DNA of 32,022 bases. Origin: Chloroflexota bacterium. Lineage in GTDB: Bacteria; Chloroflexota; Limnocylindria; Limnocylindrales; CSP1-4. The notes under the pieces were generated by a model that saw only the letters and a list, made by a program, of their open reading frames with translations, searched no databases and was not told where the DNA came from. Every line of letters begins with the position of its first letter. The stretch's first letter is position 1. The stretch lies in NCBI GenBank assembly GCA_031361415.1, contig JANMCU010000087.1, positions 1 through 32,022 on the forward strand, written 5' to 3'. The translations under genes were made by a program, and so were the position numbers. This document shows, piece by piece, positions 9,762 through 17,765 of this stretch.

Positions 9762-10625
9762 ATGCTCGGTCGCTACGTGACCCGCGCGGTCGATGCGCAG
9801 AACCGCTGGTCGAAGCCGCTCGGCGACTTCAATCACCGCTGGCTCGGCGCGCTGTTCCATTCGATCCGACCGGTCCAGAACTTCCTCAACGGCACGTGGC
9901 TCGGCCATCCGGTCCACGCCGTCGTCACCGACATTCCGATCGGCGCGCTGACGGTCTCGATCATCGCCGACGTCATCGGCCAGGCCCTCGTCGCGGACGT
10001 CTCCCTGCTGCTCGGCGTGCTCGGGATGGTCGCCGCGGCCGTGACCGGCGCGGCGGATTACGCCGAGGTCGACGGGACCGCTCGCAACCGGGCGACCGTC
10101 CACTCAGCGATCATGGTCGTCGCGCTCGTCCTGTACGCGATCTCGCTCGCGATCCGCAGCGGCAGCCCGTCGGACCGGCTCGCGCCGATCGCCATCGCGC
10201 TCGTCGCGTACGGCCTGTTGACCCTCGGGGCATCGATCGGCGGCGATCTCGTCTTCCTGGTCGGGACCCACGTCAACCGCCACGCCTGGCGCGGCGCCGG
10301 CGCGAAGTGGATCAAGCTCGATCTCGGCGGCCTCGACGACATCCCCGCCGGCGGCCCGACGAAGCTCAAGGCGGGGATCAATGAGCTCGCGATCGTCCGC
10401 GACGGGGATCGCATCCTCGCGGTCCACGCCCAGTGCGCCCACGCCGGGGGCCCACTGGCCGAGGGCACGCTCGTCGGCGATGCCATCCAGTGCCCGTGGC
10501 ACGGCTCTCGCTTCCGATTGGCCGACGGCCACGTCGTGCGCGGACCGTCGATGTACGACCAACCGGCCTACGACGTGCGCCGCGTCGAGTCAGGTGGCTG
10601 GGAGGTTCGCCGTCAGACGTCGTGA
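9762..10625 (+). CDS. Membrane (DUF2231-like) plus Rieske [2Fe-2S] domain protein
   Basis: GTWLGHPVH and TM block, then CAHAGG...CPWHGS Rieske motif; GGAGG RBS. Confidence 0.9.
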   Translation: MLGRYVTRAVDAQNRWSKPLGDFNHRWLGALFHSIRPVQNFLNGTWLGHPVHAVVTDIPIGALTVSIIADVIGQALVADVSLLLGVLGMVAAAVTGAADYAEVDGTARNRATVHSAIMVVALVLYAISLAIRSGSPSDRLAPIAIALVAYGLLTLGASIGGDLVFLVGTHVNRHAWRGAGAKWIKLDLGGLDDIPAGGPTKLKAGINELAIVRDGDRILAVHAQCAHAGGPLAEGTLVGDAIQCPWHGSRFRLADGHVVRGPSMYDQPAYDVRRVESGGWEVRRQTS

Positions 10626-10831
10626 CGCGCCAGCTCAAGCGGCTCCTCGAGACGGGGGGCCGCGGCCATCCCGGCGGAACGAGACACGTACGCGGCCGGT
10701 GCGGCGGCCCGAACGGGGTCGAGCTATGCGCTTTCGACGACGAGGAGGCGAACAGCGACCGTCGACTCGCCACGGGCTGACCGGCGGGTGATCACGTCGT
10801 CTGCATCGACGCCCGCCGTTCAAGCCCGCCG

Positions 10832-11395
10832 ATGACCGCGCCGGGCGATCCGATCGAGGTCCCCGTTCCTAGCCTCGTCGTTCTCATCGGTGCGGCGGGC
10901 GCCGGCAAGTCGACCCTCGCCCGTCGTCTGTTCGAGCCAGCGGAGATCCTGTCATCCGACGCGCTGCGCGAGGCCCTGACCGGCGATCCGGCCGATCAGA
11001 GCGCCACCCGGCCGGCGTTCGCGATCCTGCACCGCGAGGTCCGTCGCCGGCTCGCGAACGGTCGGCTCGTCGTCGTCGATGCGACCAATGTGACCGCGGC
11101 AGCCAGGGCTCCGCTGCGTCGCCTGGCCGGAGTGGCGGGCGTTCGCGCGATCGCGATCGTCCTCGCTCCCGTGGCGGCGGACGTCCATGCACGGAATGCC
11201 GGCCGGACCGGGCGGGTCGTGCCCATCGATATCGTCGACCGCCATCTTGCCGCCCTGCGGGCCCTCGGCTCGTCGGCCGAGGCCATCGTTGCGGCGCTCG
11301 CGGCAGAGGGGTTCACGCAGACGCACGTGCTCCGCTCGGTCGGCGAGCTGGACTCGATCACCGCCGTGCGCGTCGAGGTCGTCAGGCGTCCCTGA
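10832..11395 (+). CDS. Stand-alone P-loop kinase (AAA_33, Pnkp kinase-like)
   Basis: LVVLIGAAGAGKST, LSSD, DQSAT, VVVDATN, RNAGR motifs. Confidence 0.85.
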   Translation: MTAPGDPIEVPVPSLVVLIGAAGAGKSTLARRLFEPAEILSSDALREALTGDPADQSATRPAFAILHREVRRRLANGRLVVVDATNVTAAARAPLRRLAGVAGVRAIAIVLAPVAADVHARNAGRTGRVVPIDIVDRHLAALRALGSSAEAIVAALAAEGFTQTHVLRSVGELDSITAVRVEVVRRP

Positions 11396-11684
11396 CCCGA
11401 CCGAACTTCCGCGCCCGCAGCTCGACCCAGACGCCGTTCCGGAGGTAGACGTCGTCGCGGCAGATGTCGAGCGCCGCCTGCTCGTCGGTCGCCCGGAACA
11501 GCACGAGCGTGGCCGACACGTCGGTAAAGGCGCCGGCCTCGATCACGATTCCCTGCTGTTTCAGCTCCTGGAGGCGGGCAATGTGCTCGGCCCGGAACGG
11601 CGCGCGGGTCTCGGCGGCGTCCGGGGCGTAGGTTGCCTCGACCAGCCAGACGGGCTCGATCGGGGTGCCGGGAAGATCAGTCAT
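11382..11684 (-). CDS. YciI family protein
   Basis: RAPFRAEHIARL, AGAF, DDVY..NGVW; GGAGG RBS before ATG 11684. Confidence 0.85.
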   Translation of the reverse strand: MTDLPGTPIEPVWLVEATYAPDAAETRAPFRAEHIARLQELKQQGIVIEAGAFTDVSATLVLFRATDEQAALDICRDDVYLRNGVWVELRARKFGRVRDA

Positions 11685-11712
11685 CTTGCCTCCGTCGTGC
11701 ATTGGGGGATGA

Positions 11713-12591
11713 TCAGACGCCCGACGTGGCCGATCCCCCGGCGATCAGGGCGACCGCGATGACCGCCATGATGATCCCGACCAGGTGGCTCAAGGTCACC
11801 CGCTCGCGGAGCACGGCGACGGCGAGAATGACCGTCGTCACCGGGTAGAGCGAGCTCAGCGTGGCCGCGACATCGAGCCGCCCGGCCTGGGTCGCGAGGA
11901 TGTAGAGGCCGTTCCCCGCAAGATCGAGGCTTGCGGTCGCCAGCAGCGCCGGGATCACCGGACGCGGAACGCGCCACGGCCGCCGGCCGAGGATGACGAG
12001 CGCGACGATCGGGACGAGCGAACCCGCCTTGATCACCGCCAGCGGCCATGCGACCCGATGCTCGGGGAACGCCCCGACGGCGATGTTGAACAGCCCGAGG
12101 CCGATACCGCCGAGCAATGCGTATTCGATCCCGGACCGCCGACCGCCCGGATCCGCCGAGCGGGACACGAGGATGACTGCGGCCAGCGCGAGCCCGATCC
12201 CGACGACGACCTCGATGCCCGGCCAGCCCTCCGTGACGAGGCCGACGATGACCGGCAGCGTCGCCGCGATCACCCCGGTCACGGGGGCGACGACCCCCAT
12301 TCGGCCGACCGCGAGGCCCGTGTACAGCCCGAGGATGCCGGCGACGGCGAGGATACCGGCGAGCACTGCGAGGCCCAGCGTCGGCAGGCCGGGGATCGGC
12401 TCGCCGGTCGCGAGAGCGATCCCGACCATGAGGATCACCCCGATCACGTCGACGCCGATCGCGATCCCGAGGACGGGTGCGCGCCTGCTCGTCCAGCCGC
12501 CCCCGAAGTCGCCGGCACCCCAGGCGACGGCCGACGCGAGTCCGAAGACGACGACGGCGAGGCCCGGTCCGGCCGGATCAGCCGTTGGCAA
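11713..12591 (-). CDS. DMT/EamA family transporter
   Basis: WGAGDFGGG, GRMGVVAP, SSLYPVTTVILA...LRER; about 10 TM. Exact start uncertain (TTG 12591 or GTG 12600). Confidence 0.88.
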   Translation of the reverse strand: MPTADPAGPGLAVVVFGLASAVAWGAGDFGGGWTSRRAPVLGIAIGVDVIGVILMVGIALATGEPIPGLPTLGLAVLAGILAVAGILGLYTGLAVGRMGVVAPVTGVIAATLPVIVGLVTEGWPGIEVVVGIGLALAAVILVSRSADPGGRRSGIEYALLGGIGLGLFNIAVGAFPEHRVAWPLAVIKAGSLVPIVALVILGRRPWRVPRPVIPALLATASLDLAGNGLYILATQAGRLDVAATLSSLYPVTTVILAVAVLRERVTLSHLVGIIMAVIAVALIAGGSATSGV

Positions 12592-14803
12592 CCGCCGCAC
12601 CCGAGCCCGCAGTCGCGCCGGACGGCACCAAGCCGGCCTCAGCCGATCCGTCGTCGACCTCCGTCGGACCCGCGAGCGCGACCACCGCGTCGGCCGAACC
12701 GTGGTAGCGGTCGGACGTCGTCAGGTAGATGACCTGGAAGTCCCTGGCGATCTCGCGGAGCAGCTCCAGGGCCCGCAGAGCACGCTCGTCGTCGAGGGTC
12801 ACGAATGGATCGTCGAAGACGAGCGGCGGCCGCCGGTCGCCGGTGACCAGCCGAACGAGCCCGAGCCGGGCGGCGAGATACACGAGGTCGAGGGTGCCCT
12901 GGCTCAGCGAGCGCACGTCGACCCAGTCGCCCTTCTCCGGCGCGTGGAGCTGGATGTCCAGGGTCCGATCGTCGACGGCGACCCGCCGATAGCGGCCGCC
13001 CGTGATCCGATCGACATCGCCGACCATCTGCTTCTCCAGGAAGCGAGTGGCGGTCTTCATCGTGGTCTGCTCGGCGGTGTCGATCTCCTTGAAGGTCCGG
13101 TCATAGACGCGGGCCCGCCGCTGGAGCGCGCTGAGCTGGTCGCGCCAGCCAACCAGGCGCTCGCTGTGGCCCGCGACCTGCTCGGCGTCGACGCCGTTCG
13201 CCTCGACCCGAGCGCGCGCGTTCGCCTCGTCGTCACGAGCTCGTTCGAGACCGGCCTCGAGATCGCGCACCTCGACCTCGAGCCGTTCTCGTGCCCGTGG
13301 CTCCTTGGCGATCGGCCCGAGCGCCTCGAGGGCGTGGGTCTTCTGCTCGACATCGAGCGCGGCTGCGTCGCGCAGGGCTGGCAGGGTATCGGCCGGCTCC
13401 TTGCCGACGAGCCCATCGAGCTGGGCGGCGAGCCGCTCGATCCGGCTGACGTGCTCCTGTTCGCGAGTCAGCAGGTCGATGGCCGCGGGCAGGTCGTCGA
13501 GCCGAAGACCGGCCAGTTGCTGCGCCGTGTCCGCCTCGGCCTGACGGAGATCCTGTTCCATCTCGGATCGACCGCGCAGCCGGCGGTCGATCTGGACGTC
13601 CCGCAGCTCCGCCTGCATCCGGTCACTGCGCCGCAGCCAGAGCGCGACGAACGCAAGGATGAAGCCGATCCCGGCGGCCGCGCCGCCGAGGAGTTGGGGT
13701 GCCGGGCCGAGATCCAGGATCCCGGTCGCCTTGAGTCCCACGGTCCCCGCCGCCACGACCAGGCCGAGCACGACCAGCCCGAGCGAGATCCGGGACAGCG
13801 GTCGCCAGGTCGGTTCGGGCGGGACTTCGAACGAGACGTCGACCTCGCCGGCGAGCGCCGCGCGCAGCTCGCGGATCTTCGCGTCGAGGGATCCGAGCCG
13901 GCCGACGATCTGCTCGAGAACCGGCAGGGGGTTCTCGGACGGATGGCTGTGGTGCAGCTCGGCGAGCTCCTCGGACACCGCGACAGCCTGGCGGTACCGC
14001 TCGAACCGTTCCTGTGCGTTGACCCGTTCGGCCGTCAGACGCTCGGCCTGGCGGGCTTTCTCGAGGAGGGAACGCCGCTCGGCCAGGTTCGTGTCCGTCT
14101 CGGCCCGCCGCTCGCGTGTGCCCGACAGCGTGTCCCGGTCGCGCTCGAGCTGGGCGAGCGCCAGCTCGCCCTGCTCGACGGCCAGCTTCGCCTGTTCGAC
14201 CGCGTCCTCGGCGACCTTGAGGCGGCCCGGGTTCTTGGCGCCCTTCGTGTTCAACTCGTAGATCGCCTTCTCGAGCTTGCGCCGGGCTCGCGACGTCCCG
14301 CGGTCCGCGCCACTGATCGATGCCTGGAGGCGGTCACGCAACGCGGCCTCGTCCCGATCGAGATCGGCGAGCTCGTGATGCCGGACCGACGCCGTCGAGC
14401 GGAAGAACGCCTCGCTCGGGATGCCGGTCAGCTCGGCCAGCGCCTGGTCGGCGAGGGTCGGGTCGGTGATGGTGGTCCCGTCGACCTCGAGCCGGACCGT
14501 CCCCTTCGCGCCGCGGAACTCCTTCTCGAGCGTGCCGGTCCGTAGACCCTTCTCCTCGTCCTCGATCTCGAATTCGAGCCCGATCACGGGTCGGGCGTCA
14601 TCCGCGGCGTCCCACGAGCGGAGGGCGTCCATGTCGGCGCCACCGCTGGTGACCTTGCGGGTCAGGGCGAGCTCGATCGCGCGCTGGATCGTCGTCTTGC
14701 CGGCCTCGTTCGGGCCGTGAACGATGGTCAGGCCGGGCGACAGCGGGATTTCCAGCTCCCGGTATCGACGGAAGTCGCGCAGGGTCAGGCGGGTGATCCT
14801 CAC
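12578..14803 (-). CDS. SMC/Rad50-like ATPase (YhaN/SbcC-like) with a central TM hairpin
   Basis: Walker A GPNEAGKT, long coiled coils, LSQGT signature, PLVFDDPF Walker B/D-loop; GTGA overlap with the upstream nuclease. Confidence 0.88.
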   Translation of the reverse strand: MRITRLTLRDFRRYRELEIPLSPGLTIVHGPNEAGKTTIQRAIELALTRKVTSGGADMDALRSWDAADDARPVIGLEFEIEDEEKGLRTGTLEKEFRGAKGTVRLEVDGTTITDPTLADQALAELTGIPSEAFFRSTASVRHHELADLDRDEAALRDRLQASISGADRGTSRARRKLEKAIYELNTKGAKNPGRLKVAEDAVEQAKLAVEQGELALAQLERDRDTLSGTRERRAETDTNLAERRSLLEKARQAERLTAERVNAQERFERYRQAVAVSEELAELHHSHPSENPLPVLEQIVGRLGSLDAKIRELRAALAGEVDVSFEVPPEPTWRPLSRISLGLVVLGLVVAAGTVGLKATGILDLGPAPQLLGGAAAGIGFILAFVALWLRRSDRMQAELRDVQIDRRLRGRSEMEQDLRQAEADTAQQLAGLRLDDLPAAIDLLTREQEHVSRIERLAAQLDGLVGKEPADTLPALRDAAALDVEQKTHALEALGPIAKEPRARERLEVEVRDLEAGLERARDDEANARARVEANGVDAEQVAGHSERLVGWRDQLSALQRRARVYDRTFKEIDTAEQTTMKTATRFLEKQMVGDVDRITGGRYRRVAVDDRTLDIQLHAPEKGDWVDVRSLSQGTLDLVYLAARLGLVRLVTGDRRPPLVFDDPFVTLDDERALRALELLREIARDFQVIYLTTSDRYHGSADAVVALAGPTEVDDGSAEAGLVPSGATAGSGAAVANG

Positions 14804-15975
14804 AGCGTGACCTCGTGGCCGGCGAGCAGGAGCCGGCCGAGTCGGAGCACGTCGCGCAGCTCAGCTGCCTCTTCGGCCGACGTGTCGGTGCCGTCCGCCT
14901 CGAGCTCGGCGATTCGGCCTTCGACGTTCCGGATGAATGCGCCGGGGATCGTGTCGGGCGACGGCAGGTTGCCCTGGGTCAGGGCCGGCATCGAGAGGTC
15001 GCGGACGCGGACCTTCAGGAAGCTGCCCTTGAGCTGGTCCTCGATCTCGTCGATCGAGAGGTCGAGCTCGTCGGGCCGGACTCCGGTCAGACGGGCGTCG
15101 AGAACGAGGTCGGGATCGGCCTTCGCCGCGATCGCGGCGACGACCGCAGGTTGGTCGACGACCGTCGACGCGTCGATGTCGAGCTTCTCGAACCGCGTCC
15201 GACCAATCGCACGCTCGTCGATCGTGACCGTGCGCTTGCCATTGGCCTCGTTGAGCTCGACGAGCAGGACCTTGCCGGCGCCGTCCTGGGTGACCGCGAC
15301 GGGCTCCGGCGCGCCCGAGTAGGCCCACGTCGTCGATCCCGCCTTGCCCTGCTGAGCCGAATGCCAATGGCCGAGGGCGAGGTAGTCGAGTCCGGTCGCC
15401 TCGATCTCTTCGCGGGTGAAGACGACCTCGTCGCGGTCGGTCCGGTCCGGGATCGCGAGGGAGCCGTGGACCATCCCGACGTGCCAGGTCGCGCCGTCGC
15501 CGGCGGTCACGTGGAGGTCGCGCAGCGGGCTGTACGGAGCGCGCTTGGTGGCGAAGACCGGGCCGTGGATGATCACGTCGCAGGCAGCGAGATGGATGCT
15601 CGGCCGGTCCGGCGTGAGGACCGTGACCAGATCGTCGTCCTCGCCGGAGCCCGCCAGCGCGGCCAGGTCGTGCACCCGATACAGCGACGAGCGGTCGTAG
15701 ACATCGTGGGTGCCGGGGATCAGGACGGTCCGGATCTTCGCTCCGACGAGTCGCTTCAGCTCGGCCGCGACGCGCTCGACCGAGCGCCGGGGCTGGGTGT
15801 TCGAGTCGAACAGGTCGCCCGCGATCAGCACGACGTCGACCTTCTCGGCGATGGCGAGGTCGACGGTGGCGTTGAAGGCGGCGAACTGGCGCTCGCGCTG
15901 GGCGGCGGCCTGCTCGCCGAGGTCGGTATGGCGCGCGCCGAGGTGGACGTCCGCCGTATGGAGAAGTCGGAGCAT
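14800..15975 (-). CDS. Mre11/SbcD-like metallophosphoesterase (YhaO-like)
   Basis: LHTADVHLG, AGDLFD, PGTHD, HG, YLALGHWH, YSGAPE motifs; likely start MLRLLHTAD. Confidence 0.92.
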   Translation of the reverse strand: MLRLLHTADVHLGARHTDLGEQAAAQRERQFAAFNATVDLAIAEKVDVVLIAGDLFDSNTQPRRSVERVAAELKRLVGAKIRTVLIPGTHDVYDRSSLYRVHDLAALAGSGEDDDLVTVLTPDRPSIHLAACDVIIHGPVFATKRAPYSPLRDLHVTAGDGATWHVGMVHGSLAIPDRTDRDEVVFTREEIEATGLDYLALGHWHSAQQGKAGSTTWAYSGAPEPVAVTQDGAGKVLLVELNEANGKRTVTIDERAIGRTRFEKLDIDASTVVDQPAVVAAIAAKADPDLVLDARLTGVRPDELDLSIDEIEDQLKGSFLKVRVRDLSMPALTQGNLPSPDTIPGAFIRNVEGRIAELEADGTDTSAEEAAELRDVLRLGRLLLAGHEVTL

Positions 15976-16385
15976 CCGGTCGGCCTGGCCTCCCTGTGCC
16001 GTCGCGGGTGGGCGACGAGGCGAGATGACTCGTCCGGCGCCGGGAGCGTCCTCCATCCCGGGCACCGGTCGCGAGCGAAGGCCCGCGACCCGCACCGCCA
16101 CCTCGAGTGTCGGGCCCATTGTGACAGACGCCGTCGACCGAGGGAGGCGCTCGGACCCGTCGCGGCTGGTGGTCCAGGTGTCGCGGCTGTTGCAACGCCC
16201 GTTCCGGACGATCGGTGTATGGTCGGGCCATCGATCAGCCCGTGCGCCCCGAAACAGGGACTCCATCACGGCACCTGGATAGCGCGGCGCCGGCCTCTCC
16301 GACGCATCCGCACCATCCCGCCCGCGTGGTGGCCTCCCCGGTCGTGCCCGGGACCAGTCGCATCGCCCGAGGAGAGGAAGGTTTC

Positions 16386-16724
16386 GTGACTTACGTCGAC
16401 CGAACGTTGACTTGCGTCGACTGCGCAGTGGAGTTCATCCATTCGGCCGCCGACCAGGAGTATTACGTCCAGAAGGGCTTCGCCTCCGACCCGAAGCGCT
16501 GCGCCAGCTGCCGCGCCAGCCGGCGAGCGAGTCGCGAGGCCGGCTACGACGTCCGCGAGATCGGTGGCCCGCGCGGCTACGAGCGCGGCGACGAGCACGT
16601 CGCCCGGGAGTACTTCGCGGTGGTGTGTTCATCGTGTGGCAACCAGGCGCAGGTTCCGTTCAAGCCGCGCATGGATCGGCCGGTCTACTGCTCCGATTGC
16701 TTCCGCCAGGTCAAACCCGACTGA
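16386..16724 (+). CDS. Double zinc-ribbon protein (zf-trcl plus CxxC-x17-CxxC domain)
   Basis: DRTLTCVDC...PKRCASC and CSSC...VPFKP..DRPVYCSDCF; purine-rich RBS before GTG 16386. Confidence 0.9.
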   Translation: MTYVDRTLTCVDCAVEFIHSAADQEYYVQKGFASDPKRCASCRASRRASREAGYDVREIGGPRGYERGDEHVAREYFAVVCSSCGNQAQVPFKPRMDRPVYCSDCFRQVKPD

Positions 16725-16865
16725 TCCTCGGAATCCTCGGGCCAATGGCGTCGCGGAGCTCCGCCTCGGATCTCGGAGGGCCGGCCGCAAGCTCGCTGTC
16801 GCAGACCCGCTGCCATCCTGGCCCCAGCTCGACGAACCAACGGGCGCCGTCTACGTCGGCGCTTT

Positions 16866-16969
16866 TGAGTCGCCACGCGCCTCAGATGTCGGTGCAGCGA
16901 GCGTGATCCCGCCCAGAAACCGACACCTTCACGCTCGCCGGAGCCGGTACTGAGTCACACTCCGACTCA
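16866..16969. repeat. 104-bp dyad element, copy 2
   Basis: TGAGTC-N7-GCCTCA at 16866-16884 and TGAGTC-N7-GACTCA at 16951-16969; centred internal IR GCGAGCGTGA/TCACGCTCGC. Confidence 0.8.
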
Positions 16970-16974
16970 GCGCC

Positions 16975-17013
16975 TGCGTGAGTGCGTGACTGCGTGACTG
17001 CGTGACTGCGTCA
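16975..17013. repeat. 8-bp tandem repeat (TGCGTGAC)n
   Basis: TGCGTGAG TGCGTGAC TGCGTGAC TGCGTGAC TGCGTCA. Confidence 0.9.
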
Positions 17014-17724
17014 AAGGCGGAACACATCCCCGGCGCGGAATCGTTCTCGGTGGCGGCCACGCCAGACCGTCACCCGGCCGCGGCCGTGGACCTGCCAGGC
17101 GCCGCCCTGGCCGACGGCCGCGGTCTCCTCGTCGATCCCGAGCGTGACCAGCGTCCGCGGCGACTGGAGGACGATCATCGCCGTCATCGGCTCGGGCAAC
17201 GCGTCGTAGTGCGGAATGACGGCACCGCTCGGGACGAGGTCGAGCCCGTCGCGCCAGCGGAGCGGCCAGAAGAGCCGTCGCCTGCGGAAGTCCCAGTGGC
17301 GCGCCGCGAGCGTCATCGCGCCGGCCGAGCAGCCGGCGATCGTCGCGCCGCGCCGATGGGCGGCGATGAGCGCGTCCCCGACCGGCGAGCCGACGAGCGT
17401 GTCGGTCAAATGACCCGGCTTGCCGCCCGACAGGTAGATGAGGTCGGCCTCGCCGATCGCCTGGACGTGAGCCTCGTCCTGGGCGTCGGACCGGTCGCGA
17501 ATGAGGACCGGCTCGACCTCCGCGCCGAGCGCGCTGAAGTGCTCGACGCCCATCGACGCCCAGCGCCGGAACACGTCTTCGCCGTCCGGCCAGGACGCGG
17601 TCGGCAGGATCGCGACCCGCGGCCGGCGACGGCCCGTGGCGGCCAGCAGCGCCGCATCGATGCCGCTCATCGCGGGCAGGAACTCGCCGGATCCGATGAG
17701 CGCGATCGGTCCCGATTCCGGCAT
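17011..17724 (-). CDS. Peptidase S51 (cyanophycinase/peptidase E-like)
   Basis: IGSGE, LPTAS, YLSGG, GCSAGA nucleophile elbow, IPHYD, GIDEETA. Confidence 0.88.
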   Translation of the reverse strand: MPESGPIALIGSGEFLPAMSGIDAALLAATGRRRPRVAILPTASWPDGEDVFRRWASMGVEHFSALGAEVEPVLIRDRSDAQDEAHVQAIGEADLIYLSGGKPGHLTDTLVGSPVGDALIAAHRRGATIAGCSAGAMTLAARHWDFRRRRLFWPLRWRDGLDLVPSGAVIPHYDALPEPMTAMIVLQSPRTLVTLGIDEETAAVGQGGAWQVHGRGRVTVWRGRHRERFRAGDVFRL

Positions 17725-17765
17725 GCGGGTGAGCATATCCGTGCCTGTGCGACACTGCCCGCCAC

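Noticed and set aside
12578-15975. SMC-like pair as a Wadjet or Lamassu defence system
   Set aside because: No kleisin/KITE, JetD or LmuA/LmuC partners; the partner is a Mre11-type phosphoesterase in a housekeeping context.
8222-16969. Paired palindromes as a mini-CRISPR or integron attC
   Set aside because: Only two units per locus, variable internal N7, 66-nt spacer, no cas or integrase gene, no RYYYAAC/GTTRRRY ends.
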